Translations under genes and position numbers: made by a program
Notes under the pieces: generated by a model
What the model was told of the DNA's origin: nothing
The model's input: the letters and a program-made list of their open reading frames with translations, nothing else
Databases searched by the model: none
Shown here: piece after piece, positions 48,786 to 62,825 of the stretch
How the letters are laid out: the number at the start of each line of letters is the position of its first letter
Position numbering within the stretch: the stretch's first letter is position 1
DNA from: Cirrosporium novae-zelandiae
Taxonomy: Eukaryota
Assembly: GCA_026023565.1 (NCBI GenBank)
Contig: JAPETS010000022.1
Span: 124,001-188,000 of the forward strand
Length of the DNA stretch: 64,000 bases
Direction of reading: 5' to 3'

Positions 48786-49060
48786 CTTGAGTCTTGATAG
48801 GTCTGATGAAGAAAATGACGATGATGACAATGATGACAATGATGACAATGATGAGGATGGCGATGATGGCGATGATGGTAATGATGATAAGAGGTATCAG
48901 CTGATGAAAGTAAATAGTTGAAAAAGGTCACGAATGGTGTTCTCTCCCAAATGATGAATTCCTAGATAGGAAACTACGAGTTACAACATCAACAACCAAC
49001 AATCCAACGATCGACTTACAGCTTCCAATTCATCGACGATAATGACAACAACTACCACCA

Positions 49061-49065
<5 letters not shown>

Positions 49066-49095
<30 letters not shown>
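49066..49095. repeat. (ACT)10 microsatellite
   Basis: Direct reading; the same island has (GATGACAAT)n near 48820, (TGATGG)n near 49750, (GGAACCCCCCTC)n near 49826 and (A7C)n near 50360. Confidence 0.9.
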
Positions 49096-49096
<1 letters not shown>

Positions 49097-50611
49097 TCAG
49101 GGTTATTCAAATTGAAAAAAGAATATTTTATGATTCATGATTAGCTATGGGTTTAAATAGAATTCAGAATTTATAGAATTCAGAATTCTTGTCCAGACCC
49201 AGATCTCCTAGATCTATCAAATAATCCAACATCTGGTCTAGACTTTTCCCTTATCTGCCTGAGGGGCCACCTGACCGTAGTCGTTTTGTCTCTTTTTTTC
49301 TCTCGGTTGGCCGGATCAGGTGAGAATTGTAGTTTGTCCTCCCCCAGATTACAGCAATTCTGTTACCCCACTACTCCACCATTTCAACTACTCCACCACT
49401 CCAACACCCTCCAACACCCTCCACCATCACTTTTTTCAAGGTTTAGTTTGTTATATCACTTCGATGTTGCTGACATGTGCTTTTGTCTTTATCTATCCTT
49501 TCTATCTCTCTTTCCTATTTAATTGTAGGTGATAGCTTAATGTGTGTGGCTCGGCGTCATGACGAGAATTTCCATAGTGTCAAGGGGGGGTCACACGGTA
49601 GTAGTAGAACACCCTGTTCCTGGAAATGGAGGAACATTACCTGAACTGGGAATAAAAATGCGTTATTAATATCAGCCCTACTCTAATCCCTCACATCAGC
49701 AATACTCGAGTAGACCTTATTAATAGGGTCGTCTGATAGAGAATAACTATGGTGATGATGGTGATGATGGTGATGATGATGATTGGATTGAAAGGTAAGG
49801 TAATGCTGGTTAAAGTGGACCCCTTGGAACCCCCCTCGGAACCCCCCTCGGAACCCCAGTACCCTCCCAAGCCTCCTAAACCCATCCAAAAAACCCCCCT
49901 CATAAGCTCAACGTAAGCGTCAAAGTCCGGGGTATCGAATGTGGGGTTCATTGAGAGAACAAGTCATAGAATTCATTCACAATCAAAAAACAAAAAAACA
50001 AAACACAAACTCTCTTTCTTTTTTTTTCTCACCACTCGGTACTGTGAACACAAATCAAAATAAATTCCTATTAATCCCTAATCCCTAAAGCTTATTAGCC
50101 TATCGGAAGATAGTTTTTCTTTTTTAAAAAAAATGCTCGTATCAAGGTTGGAAACAATAGTCCAACTTCGTCACAAATTCTTGCAAAACCCATTCCACCG
50201 CTATGTGGTTCCTCAACGTAGAGGGGGGGAGAGAGGGGAAGTCAGTTTTTCACCGACAAATAAACATGTAGAAGTATCAATCTATCCATTAGCCCTTGTG
50301 ACAACATACCTATACTACTAAGTACACTACCCTCACACAAAGGGGAAAGGAAGAAAGAAAAAAACAAAAAAACAAAAAAACAAAAAAACAAAAAAAAACA
50401 AAACCTCCCTGTTCACCTTCCCGTCACACTCCCGTTCAAACCTCCCGCTTCTACTTTCCCGCTCTTAAATCATGGTCCCTTGATAACCTCTTGTAACCGA
50501 ATACATTCTACTTGTTCTTCTGTCCCGAGTCCTCATCTAGAGGTCCGGGACCCTATCTCAACCATCGCGCATAACATTCTCTTCTGCGCATGGTTCCACC
50601 GTTGATCGAAT

Positions 50612-53440
50612 ATGCCCTTACAAGACTCCCCTCTTCTATCTCCTATCAGTTCTTTTCATAAGGATGCCGCCGCCAAGTATGTTGCATCTTCCTTTGAGAA
50701 ACAACAACCCCGTTGTTCTCCCTTGACCAGTTTGGTCTCCATCTCGTCACTTCTTTGTTTGGCACGAGATCCGGTGGGGAGGGTGAGCCATATTGTTGCT
50801 AAGATTCGTGATGGACCGGGCAGGGAGAAGGGAGTACAGTGGCAGCAGCTGGAGCAGAAGAAGAAAATTCTGTATTTGCGTTTGAAAAATGTGAGTCTAC
50901 CTTTCATGCGAGAATCTATTGATGTCGTGTAGCTGATTGTATACTAGGCAACTTCCTTTGATGAATATTATCATGCTGCGAAACAGCTCGATACGATCGA
51001 AGGCAACGATGCTTGGAAAAATGTCTTCGATTCTACCGAATACGATCCTTACCTCGTCGAGGCTCGGTTGAAACAACTAGAAGATGCGCGCATTAGCTGT
51101 GATGTTGGTCGGATGCTATTCCTTGTCCGGACAGCATTAAGCCGGAATCTGGGCAACATGGATAATATCAAACTATACAAACACTCGCATATTGGTACAA
51201 AAGATTTGATTGATCGTTACATCATCACGGCATTGGCAACACTGGACCAGCTGTTGGATGTATCTGGCAAAAGTAAATGCGACCGCATGGAGACAAAATA
51301 CATCCTAGAACAGGTTTTGTCTGCAAGACAAGCATTTGGTCGTAGTGCATTGCTTCTTTCCGGTGGTGCTACTTTTGGCATGAACCATGTCGGAGTGCTC
51401 AAGACACTCTGGGAAGCCCATCTGCTGCCGAGAATCATTTCTGGGTCGTCGGCCGGAAGCATCATAAGTGCAGTATTCTGTACCCGTACCGATGAAGAGA
51501 TTCCCGAAATCCTCGAGTCATTTGCATATGGAGATCTTGCCGTGTTTGAGGACGATGAGGACAAAGACGGCATTATTCGTCGCGTTGCACGATTCCTCAA
51601 ATACGGAGCTCTTTTTGATATTTCACATCTCACAAGAGTGATGAAAGACTTGTTGGGGGATATGACATTTCAAGAAGCCTACAACCGTACAAGGCGGATA
51701 CTGAATATCTGCGTATCAAGTGCCGGTATATACGAACTTCCGAGGCTGCTGAATTACGTATCAGCGCCGAATGTTATAATATGGTCAGCAGTTGCTGCCT
51801 CTTGTGCAGTGCCTCTCATATTTTCCTCGTCGTCGCTTCTTGCCAAGGATCCAAGGACCGGGGAGGCCATTACATGGAATCCTTCCCATCAACGGTGGGT
51901 CGATGGCTCAGTTGACAACGACCTCCCAATGACTCGTCTTGCGGAGATGTTTAACGTCAACCATTTTATTGTCTCCCAAGTCAACCCACACGTTATTCCT
52001 TTTATAGCCAAAGAGGAAGAAATGATTACAGACGAGGTCGCAGGGCCAGATACCTCTACGAAATCTAGTAAATCTTTCATTCGCACCATGACCGACTTGG
52101 CAAAATCAGAAGCACTTCACCGCATGCATTTCATGGCAGAGCTGGGCGTATTTCCAAATATGCTCACAAAAGCCATGTCAGTGCTGAGCCAGAAATACTC
52201 TGGAGATATTACCATCTTACCCGAGATATCCTATGCCCATTTTCCATATATGCTTATGAACCCAACTACGGAATTTGTTCAGGAAGCAACACTGTGTGGA
52301 GAAAAGGCAACCTGGCCCAAACTGAGCCGCATACGCAACCACTGTGCCATCGAACTGGCCCTCGATGATGCGGTGCAAAAACTCCGAGCTCGCGTCGTTT
52401 TCACGCCCAGTCAAGTTGATCTACGTCTCAGCAGTTTCGTGCGGTCAAAGGCAGATTCATCCCATCGCCTGGCACGAGGCCGAGATCATCACCGTGAGCG
52501 TACCAAAAGGACTACCCGCAGCAGCGAGCCCTCTGATGGCCTCAGCATCTTTTTCGGCAGTAATCGTCGATCTCGACACTCCAAGTCGAGGAGTAGCGCA
52601 TCTACGGTCGCTGTTCCCGTTAAGAACATTCTTGAGAAGTCGCTAGATCTCTCATTCAAACCACATCTTTCAGAAGAACATGAACCGATAAATACCGAAA
52701 TTATTACCAAAGTTCAAGACCACCCACTCCCTTCTCCATTCACATCTTCCACTCCATCGGAAGACGAAGAAGGGCTGGATGACATGGATGACGAAGAACT
52801 AAGCAATGCTCCTTCGATATCCTCCTCATCAACCACATCCTCAAGAACCCGCATGGCACCCGAACTTTTCGCATCCAAAAGCCAACCCGTCACACCTTTA
52901 GCAAAAGCTCATCACAGAAACACGTTTTTCTCCACCACTCCGCCACCCACAGCCTTCCCACCCTTAGCCGCCGGCGCTACCGGCATCCTCCAACCGAAGA
53001 GTCCAATGCTATGGATGACGCCTAGCGCGCCAACAGCCGCACCCAGCGCTGCTCCCAGCTCCCCGGAGATGAAGTATCGGAACTGGTTAAGGCAGCAGAG
53101 CAACAGCAACAAAACTGACCCTTCTCAGCAAGAACAGGGAGAAGACAGTGAAGAGACCAACAACAATAACTGTAATAATAATAATGAAGCCGAAGCCGAA
53201 GCTTCGACCGAAGTTCAAGGAAACAACCAGAAACGGCCAACATTAGGATCTAGAAGGCAACCAAGCGGATTGGGACTGGGCCTGGGGTTAACAGCACCTA
53301 CGGCAGCCACCACCACAAGCATAGGCATGGGAATGAGCATGAGCATGAGCATGGGAATGGGAAATATAAAGGACATGTCAGGCACTCGGGGAATGCTGGT
53401 AAGGAAGAAGAGCTCTGGGACGTTAAAACGTCTTGCATAA
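50612..53440 (+). CDS. TGL4: Patatin-domain triacylglycerol lipase (Tgl4/Tgl5-like); intron 50891-50948
   Basis: LYKHSHIGTKDLI, RQAFGRSALLLSGGATFG, PRIISGSSAG (GxSxG), TFQEAYNRT, WVDGS, HFIVSQVNPH. Confidence 0.93.
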
Positions 53441-55679
53441 AGTTAAAAAGGGACAATGTTTTTGTTTTCTGATCATTTGGCATTTTGTGAGTTAGGATGT
53501 TTCTGAAGATTCGGAATCTTCTTCTCAATTTGATTCCCTATTCTGGTTGTGGAATTTGGGGTTTTGAATTGTGCGTTGCGTGGGTGTGTGTGTGGCCTAT
53601 ATCCACCACCATCTCAATCTCACACCGGAGACTACTTCCACATGCATATACTACCGCACACACCTCCATATACATCACCTCACCCCCCCAAAAGAGCACG
53701 CAGGCGGGGGACCATAAAATCATCAAATCATCCCTTGGCGCCATTTATCAAAAATCCATGGAACCTCGCATGCATTTTTTAGGGGGGTGGGAGGGAGAAA
53801 TGAAACATAGACCATGGAAGGGGGAAGAGAGAAGAAGGAGATGTCATACGCCTCCCTCCCCACCACCAACTACCCACTACTCACTACCTACTACCCACCT
53901 TCTGGGATTGCTATATTGCTACTGCAAACAAGGGAGCTATAGTCATTTGCGTGTGTGCGTTTGTGTGTGTGGAGGATCAAGATGACTTGATGACGATGAT
54001 GATGCATGTGGGTGTCTGTGTGAGTGTGAGTGGGGGGGAGGTGTGTGTGCGTGTGTACAGGAGGACTAATCATAGGTCCTGCTGCTACCACTGTCGTTAT
54101 TACTGGGCATTGCTATTACTTCTTGCTACTTGCTACTTTGCTATACCCGAGCTATATCTACATTTACATTTACATCTACATACCCCCCGCATATATATCT
54201 ATGTATCCATCTTATTTAAACTAGAAAGACTTAAGCAATATAAGGAATACAGTCAAGGAATAGGATTAAGTATCAATGTAAACGTAAATGGAAAGATGTA
54301 AAGGAAATGGAATGACATGAATCTCCCCCCCCCCCCCTCCCTAATGTTACGTTTTTTGGATCTTAGAGAGATGGATATATATAGTACCCTAATCCCCCCC
54401 GGTGTAACTAGCTAACTAGCCAGCTAACCGACCAACCAACCTACCCAAATACCTACCCAGTCCATGTAAAAGATATCAATACCCTACACACCCTACATAG
54501 CCAGCTTAGTTTTAATCCCATCTTGCTTTTTACTTTCTTGAATGAATTGCATAAAATGTAATAGACGTATGGGTTAATTACTATCCCGTGATTTTTTTTG
54601 GGGTGGTGGTTGGCCTTAGTTTATATGGTTATATAGTTATATGGAAATGTGTGGGAAGAAGGCTTGGGCTACGTTGTATATGTGGGTGGGTGTTAGTTAG
54701 TAGTGATTGATAGTGTGATATGTATAGTATAGTGTTTCGTGTACTTGTATGTTGTTGTTGCTGTTGTTGCTGCTGCTGCTGGTACTACTATGGCGATGGT
54801 GACGATGACGATGACGACGGCGATCATCACTGCTACAACACCACCCAAAAGAGCCATCATTTAAAATATAGCAGTAGTGTATGGATTCGATTTGATGATA
54901 TGTACTACTATACGGATGCATGGACGGACAGACGGATTGGACGGACGAAAATGAACATATGCCCTTCTCTCTCTCTCCGAAGGATAAAACAAAAAACACA
55001 TCATCACCAGAACAAAAGTCGCAATTATAAAATTTTTTGAATAAAATTGTAAATCATGGTTAGAAGTTGGTATTAATTAAAGGGGTTTTCCGAGGAATTG
55101 AGGGGAGAAAAGTATGTTAGAAGTGGATATGAGAAGTGAAAGATGGAAGGTTGCCATGATGACAATTCATTTTATTGTCCGCATGTTGCCTCCAGGTCAT
55201 AGCGGATATTTGAGGTTGCCATGGTTGCTATGGTTGTTCCCACTCCTTTGTTTGGGGGCTTGAAGGTTGGAATTTGAAAGGCGAGGAGGGGAGTTGTGGG
55301 AATGGGAAAGAAAAAAAAAGTAAGAAGAGGAATGGATAATTTAGAGTTGAAAGCTGAAACTAGCAAAATAAAAAGGCATGAAACGTCTGTCGAAACCCGC
55401 AGTCATGAATGCCGTCTTTTATTTTTCCCATGCCCTGAAAAAAGAAGCCCTTACTCCTTTGGTTGTCGGTGGTGGTTTAACCTGAGTTTTGCTTTCTGTA
55501 AATTCTGTTGGCTGTTTGCTGTTGTTTTGGAATCGATAGAAATGAAAACATCATGGTCATGGTCGTCGTGGTCATTGTTGTCGTAATCATCGCTATAATA
55601 TTTCATTCTGCCGTTCTCATTCGCTAGGGGCTCCTGTTTCAAAAAACTTCCCGAAACAAAAAATGCCTTCTGAACATTA

Positions 55680-57241
55680 TCACCGATTACTAGCCACCCA
55701 CGCCTCCCACATCTTCCTTTGCTGATACCGAACCTCGTATCCATCATCACCCAGGTCTTCAGGACATCGAATTTTGAAACTTCCTCGGCTGGTGGCGCTC
55801 CACGACACACTAGCTGGGGTATCGGGTGCTAGAGCAAGGGCGTTGGCACCTGGTCCGTAGTCGTTTTCCGCCTCGTCGGACCATTCGTCGCTGTCTGTGA
55901 TATCATCGTAGTCATCGTCGGCCGCGGGATATGGGCCAATGTCTTCCTCGTCATCACTCTCCGAGGAACCCCAGAGTGGATCGTCAGGTAGCTCGATTGT
56001 TCCATTATGTATTTCGTCGAAATGCTGCACGTAGTCAATCCGACGGAGACTCACCCAGTCGAGCGATTCCATCTCTTCGTGGAGCATGAAGAGAACGTCC
56101 TTCCACATACTGCCTTCTCTCAGCAGAACATCTCGAAGACGAAGTCCCTTGAGCGTTTTGCGGTGTCGACGTGCAAAATCGATAATCTCCGACGCATCGA
56201 GCTTCCACGCCTGGATTCCAAACGCACGTAGGCGTTCCCAGCGGACATTATGGAAAACTTCTTCGAGACGGAGGTTCAGAGGTAAACGGGAAGGAAAACC
56301 GAGATGGACTGCTTGCATGCCCTTTGCGGCATAAAATATCGTTCTGCATAGGCCCGACAGATCTCGCATACGATCGTCGAGGTCAAATCCAGCGTCAAAA
56401 TGCAGCTCAAGACAGGTAAGACGTTCGGCGAGAAATGAAACTGGACCCAGGTGGGTGCGAAGCTCCAAGGCGGATTGCGGGTTCATCATAGGTGCCGAGA
56501 AACGGTTAAAGGACGATTTGGCCGCAATCAGGGCCTGTCCTACTGTTTTTGTGGCGTGGATACAGGCAGGTGTCCATTTAAGATCGACCAGCTGCGTCAT
56601 GGGCTCGTCTTGACTGTCCATAAAAGCCAAGAGCTCTTGGTCGGCCCGATCTTGAAGTCGTAATAGTTGGACATGTTGTAATGAAGTAAAGGCTCTCATA
56701 GCCTTCTTGAGAATTCTTAAATCGAGTCCAGAGCGTATAATGTCATCCTGATCCTGTGCTTTTCGAATCAGGACTGTAGAATTGAGATGTGTTGCTCCTG
56801 AGGCATCTATCAGATCTTGAATGCGATCTCTGCCTATTTCGCCATTGATCTCAGTTGCCAACGACAAGAAAAGGGTTTGGATTAGTTACCTTGGGCATAG
56901 AATGAAGGGATCATATAGCTAAATTTTTTGGTGTGTCGTGCCAATCTCTCTTCCCCACAGATTCGATCGAGGCGGTCAAAACCGGCGCGCGAAAATCGGA
57001 GAGTGATCCGTGCAAATTGATGGGGAACCCCCAACTCGGAGAACCGTCTGCATACTAATCGGAAGTTCGCAACGTCTTGCGCCTGAGACTGCTCTGGAGG
57101 CTTTGGGGGCTTGAAACTCTCCACCGAAAGGTACTGGCGACGGTCGATACTGACCAACTTTTCTGGATCGGCCTCTATTTGATCGAGTATGTCCCGGAGC
57201 AGTTCGTTGGATAAAGTCAAAATGCTTGTTCTATCGTCCAT
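55680..57241 (-). CDS. Conserved fungal hypothetical protein with an F-box-like N-terminus and an LRR-like C-terminal region; 2 exons
   Basis: ILTLSNELLRDILDQI...FRLVCRRFSELG F-box-like motif; repeats LQHVQLL, LTCLEL, LRAFGI, LKGLRL, LDWVSL; acidic tract. Confidence 0.75.
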
Positions 57242-58958
57242 TGCTATGACGCTGATCAGAAGAAGGCAGAAGCAAGATGAGTTAATGGCCGAGACTCGGT
57301 AAATTTTTGGTAACTGGAATTGGTGTGGTACTGGTGACACGGGACAAAAAGCATGGCAGGTCAATGGCAAGCGATGACGACTGATGGCAAATTATTGAAA
57401 ATAAATCTCGCACGGATGATAGCAAGCAGCATGGTTCAAATGGGTGATACGGAGAGAAAAGCAGACTAGGAAACGGTTGAGTTGGCGCGCGAGGGAGCTG
57501 ATGATGCAGGAAGTAGAGACGGGTAACTGCCCGTGATGGGTAGAGCAAAGCGCTTCTTCATCGGGGCATGACAAGAAGAACCAGAGGAATGGGAATATAC
57601 AGTGGCAGAAATTTTGAACCAGTATGAAGTCGAGTTCACCCTCCTTCAAATCACATGATTGAAAAAGTATCCATCGGCAGGAGTCTCCCGCTGCAGCTAT
57701 CCAAAGGTGCAGAATCTATGCGAGACCAACAGATATCAACCAGTCCCATCCGATACCAACAAGGAAATCCCTAGGAGATTCTAGGGCAGTCCAGGATACC
57801 ATAGCACCACTCAGTGCCATCCAGTGCCACAATTCCCTCGTTTTCGGCCGTCCTGCTTTTGCAATGGTCAGAATACCATGAAAAACAAACGAATAAGCGG
57901 CGCAATCTCTGCGTTGTCCATGTCGACCCTGGGATTTATTGGTGCAGCACCAGCGAGAGGGAGAGGGGGTGGGAAGTTTGAATATCCCGCTCTGAGCTGG
58001 GCAAAGGACAAGGCCAGATTTCCACTTGGGCAGAGCACACCGAAAAATGGGATAATAGGTAACCAAGCATCGAGCTGGGTCCCTTTTTTTGTTCGCTAGT
58101 TTATGGCTTGTGGGGGGAGAATTAAGAGACTAGCGGCGTCTAATATGACCTGTCAGGATGATCAAGATAGGTAAGGAGATGATGATGAAGATAATAGACT
58201 CAAGTAAAATATCAAGAGGACGAAGGCTATGGAGCAATAAGGCATAAAAGGCCAGAAAGACTCCAAAGACCATTGACAGCTCTGATCAAGTCATCTAACC
58301 TATTATGGCATAGTTTACCGGGACTCAATTTCGACCACGAGTGAAAATCCCAAAACACCAAAGTCATCTTGCAATCCGCGACCTCATCACACCCCCACTT
58401 TAATATCACTGGAACGTCTTTTGCCCGAATTGATAGATTGACTATATATTAACTCCGAATACCCTAATACCTGGAATGTGTCTAGAATATCCCCCCCCTA
58501 CATCTGCAATGCTAGCAGCCAAAACAACCCACCTGGCCATTCGTGACCACATGGTACATCTTGCAGGTTACAACCGCTGTAATGTGTTTCAGGTCCTGCA
58601 TAGCCGTTGAGTAACCACCAACTTACCTGGATGACTTGATGACTTGATGGTTTATCCCGCTTTTTCACCCCTTGGTCTGAGACCTACATTAGGATCTCTC
58701 TATCAAAACAAAGTTTCTAGCATGCTTAAGGGTGTTTCGGTCTCCGAAGTTGGACGTTGACGAATGTTGGGTGATTGGGTCAGACGACATACGACAGCCC
58801 GAGGTCCGTTTATTTGGATGCAGTCATTTCAGTCTCGTAATTTTCTGATTGCAAAAAGCTACCATTAAGTGCTACTTAAAAGGCTATGAACCCAGAGATA
58901 CCCACCATCAACTTAACCAACACAGTCAAGAGCAGATAGCTGTGTCTCCCCAACAGCA

Positions 58959-60218
58959 TCATTCGGTTTTGCTTGCAATTTGCTTTTCTGCCAGCTGTCG
59001 GCGTATTTCGGTACTACTGATCTTGGACTGAAAGTTATCATTTGCCGAGAACCTCGTTTTCTCATCCGCTTCCTCTGCATCTAAGACATCCACTTCAAAA
59101 ACTTCAAGAGTAGGCCAACCTTTTTCAGTTCGTTTGTCGTTGACAGCTTTACCACCAGATCTAGTTTCTGCCGATACCACCAGCGCTGAAATCGTTTCGT
59201 CTGTGATGGTAGGACCAAAAGGATCAGAGATTTCTACGCAATCGATAAGTGTTTCACGTCCCATCTTCGTCAACAGCCTTTTACCGTTAGGTTCTGGTTC
59301 TGATATACGGCGCTCATCATTGAACTTTGAATCACTCGGCCTAAAATCTAAGATGGCGTCGAGAAATTTCATGACAGCTTTTTGTCTATCGGACCAACTT
59401 TCCACGAGTGCTGCATATTTCTTATTTTTCAACAGTTCGTCCCCTGTTATGCCGATAGTCATCAGTCTTTGAGGTGTGGGCTTCTGCATAATCTCGGGTT
59501 CCAGAAGAAGGGCAGTGCAAGTTAATAGTAGTTTGTGACCAATATGCAAGTGATCAAAGGTACCCCCGACGGCCACAGAAAAGTGTCTTCGGATATTGGA
59601 GGGATGTTTGCTTTCAGCTGTTTCTTGGCTCTTGGTTGAACAAGTCATGCTAATGCCGCCGGGAACTCGTCGGAAATTGCTGTTACGTCTGAGTAGGGCA
59701 CGCTCTGTTTGTAAGAATGTTTGTAGAAGGGCTTCTCCTGATTCGCTTTCGACAGCATAGATTTGCTGCCACACTCGACCGGAGAGAAGCAGCACTGGTA
59801 GGTCAACGATGGGACCGAAGCGAGATCGATGAGAGTTTTCTATTTCATCATTTTCCTGGCTTGGGTCTAGAGCCGATTGAATAAGAATAATTCGCACATC
59901 AACACTCCTAGGGCCAATGGTATTTATTGATTTGCGAACACACAATGTGCAAAAGAGTTTGTATAAATGTGAAAGCAAACTCTGTAGTTCCTCGTAGACA
60001 AAGGCTCGAGGGATATGGTCAAAATCATCTAGAGAAGGTACTTTGACGGCAATATCCAGAACTGTAGTACAAGATGCCTTGGTAGTCAATGTAGATAAAT
60101 CATCCAAGACTTTCTCTAGCGGTTGACTGTAGGCGGCATGTATTGAATGGGAATCTATTGGAGAGGGTGGAGTGGGTAAGAGGAATAGTGAGGTGGGGAT
60201 TTTGTCTGTTGAGGCCAT
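58959..60218 (-). CDS. CAB4: Phosphopantetheine adenylyltransferase (cytidylyltransferase family), intronless
   Basis: VAVGGTFDHLHIGHKLLL (HxGH), GITGDELLKNKKY, ISDPFGPT, LVVSAETRSGG.AVN..R, KISSTEIR. Confidence 0.92.
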   Translation of the reverse strand: MASTDKIPTSLFLLPTPPSPIDSHSIHAAYSQPLEKVLDDLSTLTTKASCTTVLDIAVKVPSLDDFDHIPRAFVYEELQSLLSHLYKLFCTLCVRKSINTIGPRSVDVRIILIQSALDPSQENDEIENSHRSRFGPIVDLPVLLLSGRVWQQIYAVESESGEALLQTFLQTERALLRRNSNFRRVPGGISMTCSTKSQETAESKHPSNIRRHFSVAVGGTFDHLHIGHKLLLTCTALLLEPEIMQKPTPQRLMTIGITGDELLKNKKYAALVESWSDRQKAVMKFLDAILDFRPSDSKFNDERRISEPEPNGKRLLTKMGRETLIDCVEISDPFGPTITDETISALVVSAETRSGGKAVNDKRTEKGWPTLEVFEVDVLDAEEADEKTRFSANDNFQSKISSTEIRRQLAEKQIASKTE

Positions 60219-60516
60219 TGTGGTTCGCCTTTTTTGACCAAATATTTACTGAAAGATATTGATATGTGATTTAATTCAAGGCAATGACAGATTTTACGAG
60301 AAGTGATTATCCTTATATAATATAATTTGAGTTGGATCCTCCGAAGTTTGTGATCTGATGGCCATTTCCGCTGTGCTTTTGGTTGAAGCGAATCAAAAAC
60401 ACCCGACTCGCCGAAACAAGTGACGACTCGACCTTGACCGTTGGATTGGATTGAGGCAGCGCCCCCAAAGATCCTTTGAAAATTAGACCTTCGGGGCGAC
60501 AATACAAACTACGAAC

Positions 60517-62825
60517 ATGCCCTTCCATCATCGTCACCCTTCCTCTTCAACGAGTCAACCTGAAGTTTCTGGTGGCCACGGAGCAACCGTTGGGATTATC
60601 CAAGCTACGCACGCTTTGGGGTCGATTGGTGCACCATCTGCAAATATTCGAGGAGCATCTGCTGCCACAACTACAAACCCGTCAGATATTCTACTCTATC
60701 CAGGCCAGACTAGTATAGGTCCTGATGCTGTCAGCTCGTCGGGTCGCAAAAGCATATCCAGTGGCTCAGGGCAAGGCCTAGCCTCAACCTCCGACTCGTC
60801 GCAACATTTCGAAGCACCTCGTCGAGCACAAAGCTATGGTCGGCAGCCCGAAGAACTTCATATCCCTCCGTCGAACCCTTCGATGAACCAAGATACTTCC
60901 CAGCAAATGTCTCAATACGGTCAACATCCGTTACAAAGCACGGGCGCCAATTACGGTGCAGCTGGTCCTCCCGGCATCAATCTACACCAAGCTACCCCCC
61001 AGAGCGCCCATTTTTCGACCCAGCCTTCGACTTCAGCGCTGCCAGGAGCTTTGCAGCCGGGCATTCCAACTCGACCTGGTCCTTCATCTGCAGCCACTGC
61101 ACCTACAACCGTTCCGACCTTACCTCAATTATCCACCCAGCAACCCGGCCTAACATCTCCTTCCCGATCTAATACCGTCAATCATGCGCATGGGCATTCG
61201 AGGTCTAGTCCTGCGGGGATCGATCAGCAGAAATACAAGGCATTTCACGGCACACCAGAAACACCCAAATACTCATCCCCCACGCACATCTATACACCAC
61301 AAACACCACATGGGGCATCCCATTCTCCTCTGGGTCTCGCTGATATAAGGCAACATGTCGAGCATAGCTATAGTGATGGTCCAACAAGCCCAAATCCTTT
61401 TTCCCTGAATAATGGAGATTTGAACATACCACCAAATAGCAACTTTATGGCGCAATGGCCTATATATGCACTCGATTGGTGCAAGAATACTTCGCTATCG
61501 TCTAATAATTCGCTGGGGAAGATTGCTTTTGGGAGCTATCTTGAGGACAATCACAACTTTGTAGGTGTTTTAGGCGAAGCTGATACCAAATATTTGCTTA
61601 CTAATAATCGTTATAGATCCAAATTGTTGAAGCTCAGCTTAGCCCTCAGCCAGATCCAGATAGCATGAGCAATGGTACGCCACAACATAGCGTCGAATTC
61701 ACTAGAGTTACAGAAGCTACCCATTCATATCCTCTCACGAGGATTCTCTGGGAGCCTCCAACATCACACAAGCAGAAGAACGAGGACCTCCTCGCAACAT
61801 CTGGCGACCACCTTCGGTTATGGCAAATTGTCGACGATCACCAGGCTCAGACCTACGGTAATACTATTACCAGGTCTTTAAGCACACGAGATCGACCTCG
61901 GAAAAAATTACAGCCGTTAGCTTTGTTATCTAACTCAAAGTCTCCAGAGCATACCGCTCCTCTGACCTCTTTGGATTGGAATACTGTCCAGCCAAGCTTG
62001 ATAATTACGTCTAGTATTGATACTACTTGTACTATTTGGGATATGCCCACGCTGACAGCAAAAACGCAGCTGATTGCTCACGATAAAGAAGTTTTTGACG
62101 TTCGTTTCTGTGCAAACAGTACAGAGGTTTTTGCTAGCTGTGGTGCAGACGGAAGCGTTCGTATGTTTGATTTGCGGAGCTTGGAGCATAGTACAATTAT
62201 ATATGAACCATCAGAAAAGCCAGATAAGGGTAACCTGGTCTCCATAAACATCTTAATGGACCTATATCTGACTCCAGAACAGGCTCCGGACATTCTAGTC
62301 CGACTACTCAACAACAGACTTTGACGCATGCTCCTCCTCTTCTTCGTTTGGCTGGTTCGTAATTACTGATCCCTAATGTTTTGGTCCGCTCTAACAATGC
62401 AAGCAGCCTCTCCCCACGACGCACATATGCTCGCTACTTTCTCGCAAGACTCGAATGTAATTCGTGTATTAGATGTTCGACAGCCAGGACAGGCTTTACT
62501 TGAGCTCCGAGGTCATGGCGCAAATGTAAACTGTATCGAGTGGTCTCCGTCACGGCGCGGGACCCTTGCGTCAGGCGCTGATGATTGTCAGGTCCTCATC
62601 TGGGACCTTCTAACTCAAAGTACCTCTAGCGCTCCAGCTGCTGGGCCAAACGGTATGCATTCAGGACAAGCAGCTTCACAGGCGGAGCGGGGTCCCATTG
62701 CATCCTGGCAGTGTTACTATGAGGTTGGAAATATCAGCTGGGCCCCTCAGACACCGCTATCACGGCAGAGTGGTGATAGGCTTGGAGTTGTGGGAGGGAG
62801 AGGGCTCTGGGGGGTATCATTGTAA
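60517..62825 (+). CDS. DCAF7/AN11 (YPL247C)-like WD40 protein with a long disordered N-terminus; multi-exon
   Basis: WPIYALDW, GSYLEDNHN, HSYPLTRILWEP, LLATSGDHLRLW, APLTSLDWN, TSSIDTTCTIWD, KTQLIAHDKEVFDV, GADGSVRMFDLRSLEHSTIIYE. Confidence 0.93.

Noticed and set aside
53497..55586. ORFs with poly-Cys, poly-His or poly-Asp runs
   Set aside because: Translations of microsatellites in an SSR island between convergent genes
5743..60218. Apparent lipid/CoA gene cluster (acyl-CoA ligase, ACAD, lipase, hydrolase, CAB4)
   Set aside because: Genes are spread over more than 50 kb among housekeeping genes, with no backbone enzyme (PKS/NRPS/terpene synthase)
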